Shown here piece by piece: positions 25,570 through 34,520 of a DNA stretch of 64,000 nt. Source of the DNA: Candidatus Nanoarchaeia archaeon. Its GTDB lineage: Archaea > Nanobdellota > Nanobdellia > Woesearchaeales > UBA525. The notes under the pieces were generated by a model, which saw only the letters and a list, made by a program, of their open reading frames with translations, did no database searches and was not told where the DNA came from. The stretch covers positions 92,963-156,962 of the forward strand of contig JANQNB010000010.1 in NCBI GenBank assembly GCA_028279755.1. The letters are read 5' to 3'. A program made the position numbers and the translations under genes. Position 1 is the stretch's first letter. Each line of letters begins with the position of its first letter.

Positions 25570-26874
25570 TCATAGTTCTATTTCATCTCCGAGTTCCGGG
25601 CCGTACACCTTGAAGGGTGTCTCTTTCTTCGCCCATGCAAGCATGTTGGTGACGCTTTCCTCATCCCCGTGCTGGATGATGAGTGTTTCCGGCTCGATCT
25701 GCCAGATGGTCTTCTTGATGTCTTCGATGTCTGCGTGTCCTGAAAAATCGAACTTCTTCACCTCGCATTTCACCGGGGTCTTCCAGCCGTCGATGTGCAC
25801 ATAGCCTTCGTCGATCAGGTGCCGGCCGTTCGTGCCCTCTACTTGATACCCTGTCAGGAAGACCGCGTTCTTCGGGTCGTGCCACATGTGCTTTATGTAG
25901 CCCACGGCTGGCCCGCCCTGCATCATGCCGCTGGTGGTGACGAAGATGGCTGGCTGCTGCTGCGCGATTTGCATCCGCCGTTCCTGGCTGGAGATGAGCT
26001 CGACGCGTTCGAACAGCATCTTGTGCAATTTGTCCTTATTGATGACGTAGTCGCTCCTGTTCGCGAGGATCTTTCTCGTGATCTCCTTGCACATCCCGTC
26101 GAAGTAGATCGGGCAGCCGAAATCCTCGTCGGCAAGCATGATGAGTATCTCCTGCGATCGCCCGAGCGCGAACACGGGGACGAGGACCGAGCCGCCGCGT
26201 TGCAGGACTTTCTTGATCTCCTGGACAAAGGTCTGCTCCAAGCCTTTGCGTGGCGGCAGCTTCCTATGGCCGTACGTGCTTTCGGTGATGAAGATGTCGA
26301 TTGGCCCATGCTCGTTCTTGATTTGCTCGCCGTTCGCCGGTTCCATCAGTCTCGTTGTGCGGGTGTTGAAGTCGCCAGTATACAGGATGCGCTTTCCTTC
26401 TGCTTCGCAGAGGATCATCGCGCTTCCCGGGATGTGGCCTGCGTTGAGGAACATGAATTTCAAGTGCCGGTGCTTGTACCAGCGGTTGTAGCTGACCCGG
26501 TGCGCGTCTTTCTGGACTTCTTTCAGGTCGCGCTTGCCCCATGCTGGGTGGAGATGTTTGACATGCGCGATCTTATAGCTGTCCTTGAGCAGGATCTTGG
26601 TGATCGCCAAGGTCTCGTGCGTGAGGAAGATCGGGCAGACGAGGTTGTAGTGCTCCATGAAGGGCAGCGCGCCGGTGTGGTCAAGGTGCGCGTGGCTGAT
26701 GAGCACGCCGTCGATCTTGGGCACGTCGAAGACCTTGTCCGGGTATTTGTAGCCGTGGGTGCAGAACTTGACCCCGCAGTCGAGCAGGTAGCGGTCGCCG
26801 TGCGTCTGTATCTCGATGCAGCTTCTGCCGACTTCTCGCGCTGCGCCATGGAAAATGAGCTTCACACCCTGCAC
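25570..26874 (-). CDS. Metallo-beta-lactamase / beta-CASP family nuclease (aCPSF2-like), first gene of the rbcL operon
   Basis: …LISHAHLDHTGALPF… (HxHxDH), …GHIPGSAMI…, …ILYTGDF…, …FSGHADIEDI…HGDE… are beta-CASP motifs A-C. It ends 1 nt before the rbcL start. Confidence 0.75.
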   Translation of the reverse strand: MQGVKLIFHGAAREVGRSCIEIQTHGDRYLLDCGVKFCTHGYKYPDKVFDVPKIDGVLISHAHLDHTGALPFMEHYNLVCPIFLTHETLAITKILLKDSYKIAHVKHLHPAWGKRDLKEVQKDAHRVSYNRWYKHRHLKFMFLNAGHIPGSAMILCEAEGKRILYTGDFNTRTTRLMEPANGEQIKNEHGPIDIFITESTYGHRKLPPRKGLEQTFVQEIKKVLQRGGSVLVPVFALGRSQEILIMLADEDFGCPIYFDGMCKEITRKILANRSDYVINKDKLHKMLFERVELISSQERRMQIAQQQPAIFVTTSGMMQGGPAVGYIKHMWHDPKNAVFLTGYQVEGTNGRHLIDEGYVHIDGWKTPVKCEVKKFDFSGHADIEDIKKTIWQIEPETLIIQHGDEESVTNMLAWAKKETPFKVYGPELGDEIEL

Positions 26875-26963
26875 CTCTCACGTGCATCCACGAGGAAGAG
26901 GGTATTTAAAGCTTCCGTAGGTAGAAGGGTAAAAAGTGTTTAGTGAGGCAATTCCATGGCAAA

Positions 26964-27109
26964 AGGCTTAGACTGCGTATTGGCTGTTGAACACGACGCC
27001 GCTGTAGTTCGCGATCTGGTCCGGATCCTCGCTGTACTTCTCAGCGTTGATGCGCGCCCGGTCTTCCATCAGGTCGTACGGGCTCTGGCGTGGTTCGCGT
27101 CGTGTCATC
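26964..27109 (-). CDS. Candidate small ORF (48 aa) with upstream TATA-like box (not in ORF track)
   Basis: Hand translation: MTRREPRQSPYDLMEDRARINAEKYSEDPDQIANYSGVVFNSQYAV*. 'AAAAATATAAAG' lies ~35 nt upstream. Speculative. Confidence 0.2.
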
Positions 27110-27148
27110 GTCAGCTCTGTGTTCGCTTGTTTTCTTTATATTTTTCGC

Positions 27149-27424
27149 TTATACGTTCGGTCCTGGGACTGGTCGTGGCAATTCATAATTGCCAGAACCG
27201 AATGCGGGATCTGTAGGCGAGCGTGGCGCTGCCGTGCGTGCGCGAAGCGACTGGAAGACTGCGGCTCGTGCTCGATGGTCTCGCCGCGTGAGCACTTCTC
27301 CGAAGGCAGGTTCCATCGAGCCTCCGATGATCTCATCGTCGAGCGTTAATCCGCCGCCTGATCCTGCGCCACTGTCTGCTGCGTAAAACACTGTTGGGCG
27401 ATATCCAAGGTTGTGTCCGATCAT
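27149..27424 (-). CDS. Candidate small ORF (91 aa), Gly/Ser-rich, preceded by GGAGGA Shine-Dalgarno-like sequence
   Basis: MIGHNLGYRPTVFYAADSGAGSGGGLTLDDEIIGGSMEPAFGE…; 'ggaggaatacATG' context. It is low complexity with no known motif, in an otherwise ~670-bp gene-poor gap. Confidence 0.25.
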   Translation of the reverse strand: MIGHNLGYRPTVFYAADSGAGSGGGLTLDDEIIGGSMEPAFGEVLTRRDHRARAAVFQSLRARTAAPRSPTDPAFGSGNYELPRPVPGPNV

Positions 27425-27542
27425 GAGTATTCCTCCAGCTCAGCTTGAGCTAGGTATGAGAGTTTCTCCACAGACATATTAACTTAATGTTATTATATTT
27501 ACAGAAAAGCTTATAAAGTGTTAGTATTCTCTTCATACTGAT

Positions 27543-28196
27543 ATGGCCAGTATTGCGCAGATTGTCGAGGAACTCGTGCTCCAGCAGCCCTTCCTGGCCG
27601 ACGCGCTCCAGCGCGGCATCGTGAACTACGGCGCAGTCGCTGAGGAATTGCTCCCCCGAGTCCAGCGCGAGACCAAGCGCCTGGTGAAGCACGCTGCTGT
27701 CATGATGGCCTTGCGCCGCTTCAGCGAGAAGCTCGAACAGCAGGAGCTGAAGGCTCCAAGGTTCGACCGCAGCGACATCACGATCAAGAGCAACCTGTTC
27801 GAGCTCACGGTCGCGAACACTAAGACAGCGTTCGACGCAGTGCACAGCTTCCGCGACAAGATCAGGCATGAGCAAGGCGAGTTCCTTACTGTGACGCACG
27901 GGCTCTACGAGCTCACGATCATCAGCAATAAGAGCCATTACGAGGACCTGCAACACTTGCTCAAGAACGAGACTGTGAAGAACACCATTGCCGATCTCAG
28001 CTTGCTCACTGTGCACATTCCTGAAGATGCCATCGGCACGCCCGGCTATTTCTACGCGCTGACAAAGGCGCTCGCATGGGAGAACATCACTGTGCTCGAG
28101 ATCGTCAGCACGTTCACAGAATTGACGTTCGCGCTCCACGACAAGGACGTGCCCAGAGCCTACCGCATCGTGAAAGACGTCGTGGCTGGCGAGTAA
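27543..28196 (+). CDS. Hypothetical protein (217 aa), possible ACT-like C-terminal fold
   Basis: Clean ORF with an AT-rich promoter-like region upstream ('gcttataaagtg' ~45 bp 5'). No confident motif; the C-terminal half has alternating beta-alpha pattern (…ITVLEIVSTFTELTFAL…). Confidence 0.5.
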   Translation: MASIAQIVEELVLQQPFLADALQRGIVNYGAVAEELLPRVQRETKRLVKHAAVMMALRRFSEKLEQQELKAPRFDRSDITIKSNLFELTVANTKTAFDAVHSFRDKIRHEQGEFLTVTHGLYELTIISNKSHYEDLQHLLKNETVKNTIADLSLLTVHIPEDAIGTPGYFYALTKALAWENITVLEIVSTFTELTFALHDKDVPRAYRIVKDVVAGE

Positions 28197-28229
28197 TTTT
28201 ATAAACATGGTTTTCTTCCACAACGCGGG

Positions 28230-30491
28230 GTGATGCGGATGCGTCGTGTAATCATTGCATTGTTCATACTTCTCTCATTGCTTGTTTCCTGCTCCTGTGG
28301 TGGACCTGACGCAGGCGGCGGCGTATGGGCTGGTGGTGACGACGAAGAATGGTTGTTCGACGACGAAGCGGAGTATGACGAGCCTGACGATGGCAAGTCC
28401 CGCATTGTCGAAGCCCTGGAGAACGAGGAGATCACTGAAGACGAATATCTGCTCCTCCGTTTCCAGGAGGCATACGAACCGGAAAGCCTTCCTGAAGAGT
28501 ACCAAAGCGAGGACGAGACGACAGCGGTGGACGAGACCTTCCTCTTCTACATGCTGAATCATCGTTGGGATGAACTCGATAGCGCGACCCAGGCTGCGCT
28601 GGAGCAGTATCACCTTCCGGGCTGGGATCCTGGCAGCTATTGGTATGACCCTGAGATGGAAAACGACGAAACCCTGATGGGGACATTTGGCGAAGAAAGC
28701 GAACTCGCTGGCACTGTCGAGAAAACCATCGACTGGCTCACCATCGTGCCGGCAGTGGAAGCGGTGCAGAACAAGCATCCGAGCGGCACGGATTATATGA
28801 TCCGTTTTCAGACAGGCTACAACGCACAAGCACTGATCGTCAAGGCGGCGATGGACAAGGCTTATGCCAAGTTTAAGGCGGCAGGCTTCAAGGAACCGAA
28901 GGATTGGATCTGGGTCCGTCTCCAGGATATCAGCGACGGCAGCCTCGGCGTGGAAGAGCTGGACAACATCATGAATGACGGCGTGCAGCGCTGCACGATC
29001 CGCATCGAGCGAGACTTGTCGAAGAAGCGCATGGAGTCAGTCACTGCGCATGAACTGTTCCATTGCTTCCAGGAATACATGGACCTCATGCCGTATAGCA
29101 GTGAGGAATGGATCTGGGAAAGCACTGCCGTGTGGAGCGAGGAGTTTGTCTATCCTGAGAACAACCGGGAGCATGAATACGATTCCGACATTTTCCCGAA
29201 GCTGAACGCGTGGTTCTTCGACCGGCAAGGCGTTCGGCATTACGGCGCCTATATCTGGTGGTACTATCTCTACCAGGAGGCAGGCAAGAGCCATGTGCCG
29301 ATCAAGAGCATGCTCGAAGCAGCGAAAAAGCCGAACGGCCAGCTGAAAGCGCACAAGGCACGCCCGAAATTCTACGAAGAGCACAAGGAATGGGCCCTCT
29401 GGAATTTGAACATGGAGGCGTTCTACAAGTTCTACAAGGACCATGCGAACATGCCGACGTATATTCCGCAACCTCCCTCTTTGGATAAATCGCGGTTGTA
29501 CAACGACATCACCATGCCGCAGGATCTTGCTGTCGACGCTGGCGGTATGCACTACTACACGTATCGCGTGAACAACGACGTGGACAAGGTGAAGATCAAG
29601 CTCGAAGGCGCGAACAAGAAAGTACACGAGCAGCTCGGCGTCCAATTATTGTACAAGATCGACGACAACTGGCTGTACCTCGACGTCTCTGAGGAAGATG
29701 AGGTAGTATTCTGCAGGAAGCGCGCGAGCGAGCGGGTCAAGTTCCTGATCCTGATCTTCAACAACGCAGACCTTGACGACATGTTCTTCAGCCAGTTCGA
29801 AGTGGATGGGACTGACAAATGTGCGCCAGAATGGAGCGGCTACACCCGCGTGACCTGGACAGACGCAGGATCGGCGAACGACCTGCCGACGCTGTCCGGC
29901 GATCCGACCTCCGGCAATTGGCACGAGCGGGGCTCGTTGACGATCAGGGACACGCTCGTGTACGACAGCGAGAACGACGAGTTCCTCATCAAGAAGACGC
30001 ACTACAGCTATTCGCACAGCGAAAAGCAGACCATCACGTATTCGCGCGATTGCGGCCTGCAGCACGAGATCGATTACGACTCCTACCAGGGCGCTGGCTC
30101 GAAAGAATGGGAGATCGACCCTGGCAAGCTCTGGCAGAGCAATGCACCGACACGTCTGGAGAATTCTGGCGAGGGCCCTGGGGTCTACGAACTGGACCTG
30201 GATCCTGCTGTCGGAACATTCACCAGCTATAGCTTCAAGATCGACCAGCAGAAGACCTGCCCGTTCTGGGGCATCGCGACGCCGGTCGGCGCTGAATTGC
30301 AGCGTCAGGAATGGCACGACACCCACAACTCTGAAGAGGAAACTGTGTTCGGCCCTGATCCGAACATGTACGAATACCGGGTGCAATTGAGCGAGGACCG
30401 GAAGCGGCTCACTGGTCGCGGCGAAGCGAACTTTGTTTACGACGGCAGAGAAGTGCCGGTGTACATCGATGTGGATTACAGCTATGGTTAA
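28230..30491 (+). CDS. Secreted putative zinc metalloprotease (HExxH) / lipoprotein-like large protein
   Basis: N-terminus MRRVIIALFILLSLLVSCSCGG is a signal peptide with a Cys near the cleavage site. 'VTAHELFHCFQEY' is an HExxH zinc-binding motif. An acidic region follows the signal peptide. Confidence 0.6.
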   Translation: MMRMRRVIIALFILLSLLVSCSCGGPDAGGGVWAGGDDEEWLFDDEAEYDEPDDGKSRIVEALENEEITEDEYLLLRFQEAYEPESLPEEYQSEDETTAVDETFLFYMLNHRWDELDSATQAALEQYHLPGWDPGSYWYDPEMENDETLMGTFGEESELAGTVEKTIDWLTIVPAVEAVQNKHPSGTDYMIRFQTGYNAQALIVKAAMDKAYAKFKAAGFKEPKDWIWVRLQDISDGSLGVEELDNIMNDGVQRCTIRIERDLSKKRMESVTAHELFHCFQEYMDLMPYSSEEWIWESTAVWSEEFVYPENNREHEYDSDIFPKLNAWFFDRQGVRHYGAYIWWYYLYQEAGKSHVPIKSMLEAAKKPNGQLKAHKARPKFYEEHKEWALWNLNMEAFYKFYKDHANMPTYIPQPPSLDKSRLYNDITMPQDLAVDAGGMHYYTYRVNNDVDKVKIKLEGANKKVHEQLGVQLLYKIDDNWLYLDVSEEDEVVFCRKRASERVKFLILIFNNADLDDMFFSQFEVDGTDKCAPEWSGYTRVTWTDAGSANDLPTLSGDPTSGNWHERGSLTIRDTLVYDSENDEFLIKKTHYSYSHSEKQTITYSRDCGLQHEIDYDSYQGAGSKEWEIDPGKLWQSNAPTRLENSGEGPGVYELDLDPAVGTFTSYSFKIDQQKTCPFWGIATPVGAELQRQEWHDTHNSEEETVFGPDPNMYEYRVQLSEDRKRLTGRGEANFVYDGREVPVYIDVDYSYG

Positions 30492-30493
30492 GA

Positions 30494-30921
30494 TGAGAGT
30501 ATGTTTGGGACTCCTGGCGATCGCACTACTTGCAGGATGTGTCGATCCCTGTGCTGACGAGCGGCAGGTATTCGATGATTTTGTGAGCGATCCGAACAGC
30601 TTCACCACCTTCAGTGCTGTCGTGACAGTGCATGGTTATTCTCGCGGCTGCCTGTTCGGCGGGTCTGGGGTTGGTGAATGCACGCATGCGCTTGACGTGC
30701 AAGGCCTGAAGGAAAACGCGGGGATATCTCTCACGTCCACAGCATGCAAGTCTTTCGGTCCGTGCACAGACTACAATACGCACATCAACGAGTCGATCGT
30801 CGGCAAGACAGCGAGAATCACGTGCGATACTGAGAACGCTTTGAAGTATTTCAGGCAGCCAATGTCTGACAAGAATCTCATCGCGCGATCGTGCGACACC
30901 CTCGAGATCATTGAGTGCTAA
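30494..30921 (+). CDS. Small secreted cysteine-rich lipoprotein-like protein (~143 aa)
   Basis: Started at MRVCLGLLAIALLAGCVDPC (LAGC lipobox-like), immediately after the stop of the metalloprotease gene. It has 12 Cys. The overlapping minus ORF 30526..31020 is rejected. Confidence 0.5.
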
Positions 30922-30963
30922 CCTCTCGTAAAACATAAATATGTCGGAGTATTCCTGAGCTGC

Positions 30964-31245
30964 ATGGTAGTCACTTCCATACCTCTGGTTTTTCGGGAGA
31001 ATCGTCGCGTGCTTTCTCATCTAACCCGCACGATGGCAGCACGGCCTGAAGGCGTGACACGGGAAGAATTGACTTACCGACTCGAAGAGCAAACAGGATC
31101 CACTCACATTGATGGCACTGCAACAGTCGGAGATCATTTGAAAGGTCTGGAACACGCAGGAGTGTTATATTGCCGTGCAGGAGTGTATCGCCTGAACGAT
31201 CCGGTCCCGACACCACGGCGACGCGTGTTAAGAATTCCACAATAG
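30964..31245 (+). CDS. Small putative winged-helix DNA-binding protein
   Basis: …VLSHLTRTMAARPEGVTREELTYRLEEQTGSTHIDGTATVGDHLKGLEHAGVLYCRAGVYRLND is a MarR/PadR-like wing pattern. Start uncertain (M1 or M24). Confidence 0.4.
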   Translation: MVVTSIPLVFRENRRVLSHLTRTMAARPEGVTREELTYRLEEQTGSTHIDGTATVGDHLKGLEHAGVLYCRAGVYRLNDPVPTPRRRVLRIPQ

Positions 31246-31941
31246 GTTGAAATAGTTCAGATGACTCTTGGTTATTTCTTTGTTCTCTATCTTTATCGCT
31301 AAAGGCTCTTTTGACCATTGAATCAAAAGTGTTGTGTCGCCGTAGATGATCGTTGTTGTGGGATTCGTGAACGCGTCGTCGACGAACTTGTACGAGAGTA
31401 GTTTGCGTTCCTTCACTTTTTCCTTCATGCTTCTGGGAAATATCGAGCATTGCTTGATACCTTTCTCTGCCCGTTCCTTATGCCATAATTCGAAATATGG
31501 CCCGAAGAGCTTCTTGAACTGTAGTTCTGCAGCCATAATGGAGATTGGTTTCTTCTTTTGCAGGATTTCCTCAAAGAGCATCCTCAGTCCTTTCTTGCCG
31601 ACGAATATATTCGCTTCGAGTGGAGGACTGTGTGAAGGTTTCAAGGCTTTGATTTCCTTTTGCAGATTTTTCTTACTCCTTTCCAACTCATCCTTCTGGT
31701 TGTCAAGCAGAGTCAGAAGAGATTCCGGCGCCTTCGCTTCAAACCATTTGACTTTGTTTCTCGTGACAAAGGAAACAACTCCCTTGCGTATCAGCCTATC
31801 AAGCGCCTCATAGACATTTGTCCGGTTCAGCTTTGTCTCAGTGCTCAACTTGTTGGCATAGCTCTTGCCGTTGCTGAGCAGGTGCAGGTAGAGCTCGCGT
31901 TCCGATGGTGAGAAACCGAGATGCGCAAGGCTGTTTTGCAT
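31228..31941 (-). CDS. TrmB-family transcriptional regulator (second copy in the window)
   Basis: Started at MQNSLAHLGFSPSERELYLHLLSNGKSYANKLSTETKLNRTNVYEALDRLIRKGVV… (TrmB wHTH), with a C-terminal TrmB-like effector domain. Lower-GC DNA. Confidence 0.65.
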   Translation of the reverse strand: MQNSLAHLGFSPSERELYLHLLSNGKSYANKLSTETKLNRTNVYEALDRLIRKGVVSFVTRNKVKWFEAKAPESLLTLLDNQKDELERSKKNLQKEIKALKPSHSPPLEANIFVGKKGLRMLFEEILQKKKPISIMAAELQFKKLFGPYFELWHKERAEKGIKQCSIFPRSMKEKVKERKLLSYKFVDDAFTNPTTTIIYGDTTLLIQWSKEPLAIKIENKEITKSHLNYFNLLWNS

Positions 31942-32026
31942 GAGATCGGGATCCTGGGAGAAATTAAAAGTGTTGTGGTGTAGAACCACATCTACTCTTT
32001 AAGAACTTGGAAGCATCCTCCTCCGC

Positions 32027-32992
32027 ATGAACAAAAAAATTGCGATAGGGGCTATCGCTGTTGTGCTTATTATAGCACTATATCTCTTCTACCAGCCAGC
32101 CGATACTGAACCTGCCATGACAGTGGGCTACCTTCCTGTACTCGTCAACCTTCCACTCTTTGTCGCGTTGGAGCAAGGGTACTTTTCACAGCAAGGCATC
32201 GTTGTTGAGGCAGTAGAGGCGCAGTCACCGAACCACGTGGTAGAAGGTATCATCTCTGGCCACCTGGATGGCGCAGGTATACTCGCGTATCCCATACTGT
32301 TCGCTGCGGAAGAAAAGTATCCGGGCGAGCTCAAACTGTTCGCTTCAACTGATGAAACCAACAATGAGTATGTGGCGGCGATCATCGTCCGGAACGACTC
32401 GGGGATAAAAGATATCGCTGATCTGGAAGGAAAGCGCGTGGGAGTATACACAGGATTGGTGCAGGTTCTCTTCCTGAAAGGAATCCTTGCCGGGATGGGC
32501 TTTGATCCTGAATATGTGGAAATCGTCCAGATATCTCCTCGTCTGCAACTCCAAGGCCTTGAAGCCGGACAATATGATGCATTATCGACTGTCGAACCCT
32601 TTGTGACCATTGCGAGAAACAAGAACATCGGACGAGTCCTGGTGAGCAACCCAAGAGTCGTGTATATCCAGGAACCCTTCCCCTCAGTCGCCACTCCATT
32701 ATCAGCAGAGTTCATTGAAGAACACCCGGACATCGCAAAAGCCTATCTCCTGGCGTACCGTGATGCGGTAGAGTATATTCGACAGTATCCTGTTGAGGCC
32801 AAGGGAGTTCTCGCGAAATACACGCCAATCGAAGAAGCTGTTGCCCAGGACGTGCGGCTGCCGAGATTCAATCAGTACGGGGAAGAAGACCGGGAAAATG
32901 TCCAGAAGTATGCGGATTGGATGCTTGAGAATGGCTTATTGGAAAAGAGAATCAACGTCACTTCTCTGTTCGGCACTATGATTCTGGACTGA
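32027..32992 (+). CDS. ABC transporter substrate-binding protein, NMT1/THI5 – SsuA/TauA-like (nitrate/sulfonate/taurine class)
   Basis: N-terminal TM/signal MNKKIAIGAIAVVLIIALYL; …TVGYLPVLVNLPLFVALEQGYF…VEAVEAQSPNHVVEGIISGHLDGA… is the SsuA-type periplasmic binding fold. Confidence 0.75.
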   Translation: MNKKIAIGAIAVVLIIALYLFYQPADTEPAMTVGYLPVLVNLPLFVALEQGYFSQQGIVVEAVEAQSPNHVVEGIISGHLDGAGILAYPILFAAEEKYPGELKLFASTDETNNEYVAAIIVRNDSGIKDIADLEGKRVGVYTGLVQVLFLKGILAGMGFDPEYVEIVQISPRLQLQGLEAGQYDALSTVEPFVTIARNKNIGRVLVSNPRVVYIQEPFPSVATPLSAEFIEEHPDIAKAYLLAYRDAVEYIRQYPVEAKGVLAKYTPIEEAVAQDVRLPRFNQYGEEDRENVQKYADWMLENGLLEKRINVTSLFGTMILD

Positions 32993-32999
32993 GGCGCAC

Positions 33000-33737
33000 A
33001 TGTCATTGCTGGCTGTTTCCAAAGTATGGAAGAGTTTCCCGAAGAAACCAGTCTTGAGGAACATAGATATTGAGATCAAGAAAGGAGAATTTGCCACCTT
33101 GTTCGGTCCAAATGGCTGCGGCAAGACAACTTTATTGAATCTCATTGCCGGAATACTTGAACCGGACAAAGGAGATATTGCAATAGATAACAAGTTGCCA
33201 CAAGAGCAAGTTGTTGGCTATGTCTTCCAGAATTACCGTGATTCTCTGCTTCCCTGGAGGACAAACCTGGAGAACATCGCGTTCCCGCTGGAATTGCAAG
33301 GGGTCGCTCAGGAGGAACGAGCCAGAAAAGTGAAGAAATTAGTGAGAAGCCTGGAGTTAAAAATCCCCTTGCACAACTACCCGTATCAGAGCAGTGGAGG
33401 CGAGCAACAGCTTGTCGCGTTCTTGAGAGAGATCATCACCCAGCCGAAACTCATTCTCATGGACGAGCCATTCTCCTCTTTGGATGCTGAAAGCAGGGCA
33501 TATCTGCGGGTGAAGATACAGGAGATAAGCGAAAAAATGGATCTTACCATTCTCTTTGTCTCTCACGACATCGATGAAACGATCCAATTGGGCGACACTA
33601 TCCTCCTCTTCGACGCCAAGAAGAGAACCATTGCCAAGAAGCTGAGCGTCACTCTTGGCAGACCGAGAACTGAAGAGATCATCTACACAGAACCTTTTCA
33701 CAGGATGAAGAAGATACTGCAACGGTATGAAGAATGA
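33000..33737 (+). CDS. ABC transporter ATP-binding protein (SsuB/TauB-like)
   Basis: Walker A 'GPNGCGKTTLLN', signature 'LSGGEQQ', Walker B 'LILMDEPFSSLD', H-loop 'VSHD'. Confidence 0.85.
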   Translation: MSLLAVSKVWKSFPKKPVLRNIDIEIKKGEFATLFGPNGCGKTTLLNLIAGILEPDKGDIAIDNKLPQEQVVGYVFQNYRDSLLPWRTNLENIAFPLELQGVAQEERARKVKKLVRSLELKIPLHNYPYQSSGGEQQLVAFLREIITQPKLILMDEPFSSLDAESRAYLRVKIQEISEKMDLTILFVSHDIDETIQLGDTILLFDAKKRTIAKKLSVTLGRPRTEEIIYTEPFHRMKKILQRYEE

Positions 33738-34480
33738 AAAAATTCGCTGGTTTGGTAGCGATTCTAATCATATGGTTGATTGCCGTCCAGCTTGAGCTCG
33801 TGAAACCCATTTTTCTTCCACCCTTATCTGACGTTGCACTCTCAGTCAAAGAGTCTGTACTGACACTTAATGGTGTGATAACGATTTTCCAGACACTGAA
33901 GAGAACTATTATCGGTTTCTTCTTCGGGCTCTTGTTCGGAATATCCTTTGGTATGTTTCTCGGGCTGAACAAGAAGCTATACGAAACGTGCGAGTGGTTT
34001 GTCGATTTCTTCAGATCAGTCCCAGTAACAGCAATGTTTCCCTTGTTCTTGATTTTCTTCGGTTTCGGAGACCTGTCAAAAATCGCGATGGGTGCGTGGG
34101 CAAGCGGTTTTGTCATCCTGGTAAACACGATCCATGGCGTCTGGAACGTCAAAAAGAATAGGAAACTAATGGCAATGACCAAAGGCGCGTCCAGGACTCA
34201 GATTCTGACAAAGATAACACTCTTTGAAACCTTACCCTACACGTTCGCAGGAGCGAGAATCGGCATTTCCTGGAATCTCATTGTTGTCATTGTGGCAGAG
34301 ATGTTCATAGGGACGGAACAAGGTATAGGCAAGCAGATCTATGATGCAAGCGTGATATTCGATACTGCAACAGTGCTGGGAATGATATTTGTTATTGGGA
34401 TGATAGGCTATGGTCTTAACCAGATGATGCTCTCGCTGGAAAAGAGAGTCGTGCACTGGGAAGGAAATCCTGCTGCTTGA
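33734..34480 (+). CDS. ABC transporter permease (binding-protein-dependent inner-membrane component)
   Basis: 6 predicted TM segments; the start overlaps the ATPase stop (ATGA). Confidence 0.8.
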   Translation: MKKFAGLVAILIIWLIAVQLELVKPIFLPPLSDVALSVKESVLTLNGVITIFQTLKRTIIGFFFGLLFGISFGMFLGLNKKLYETCEWFVDFFRSVPVTAMFPLFLIFFGFGDLSKIAMGAWASGFVILVNTIHGVWNVKKNRKLMAMTKGASRTQILTKITLFETLPYTFAGARIGISWNLIVVIVAEMFIGTEQGIGKQIYDASVIFDTATVLGMIFVIGMIGYGLNQMMLSLEKRVVHWEGNPAA

Positions 34481-34520
34481 AGAGCGCAAACTATTAGAAT
34501 CCTGACGTCTTCACACGCTC

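Noticed and set aside
29646-30608. 320-aa minus ORF; also 30526..31020 minus
   Set aside because: Antisense to the HExxH protein and to the lipobox-bearing small gene respectively; no motifs.
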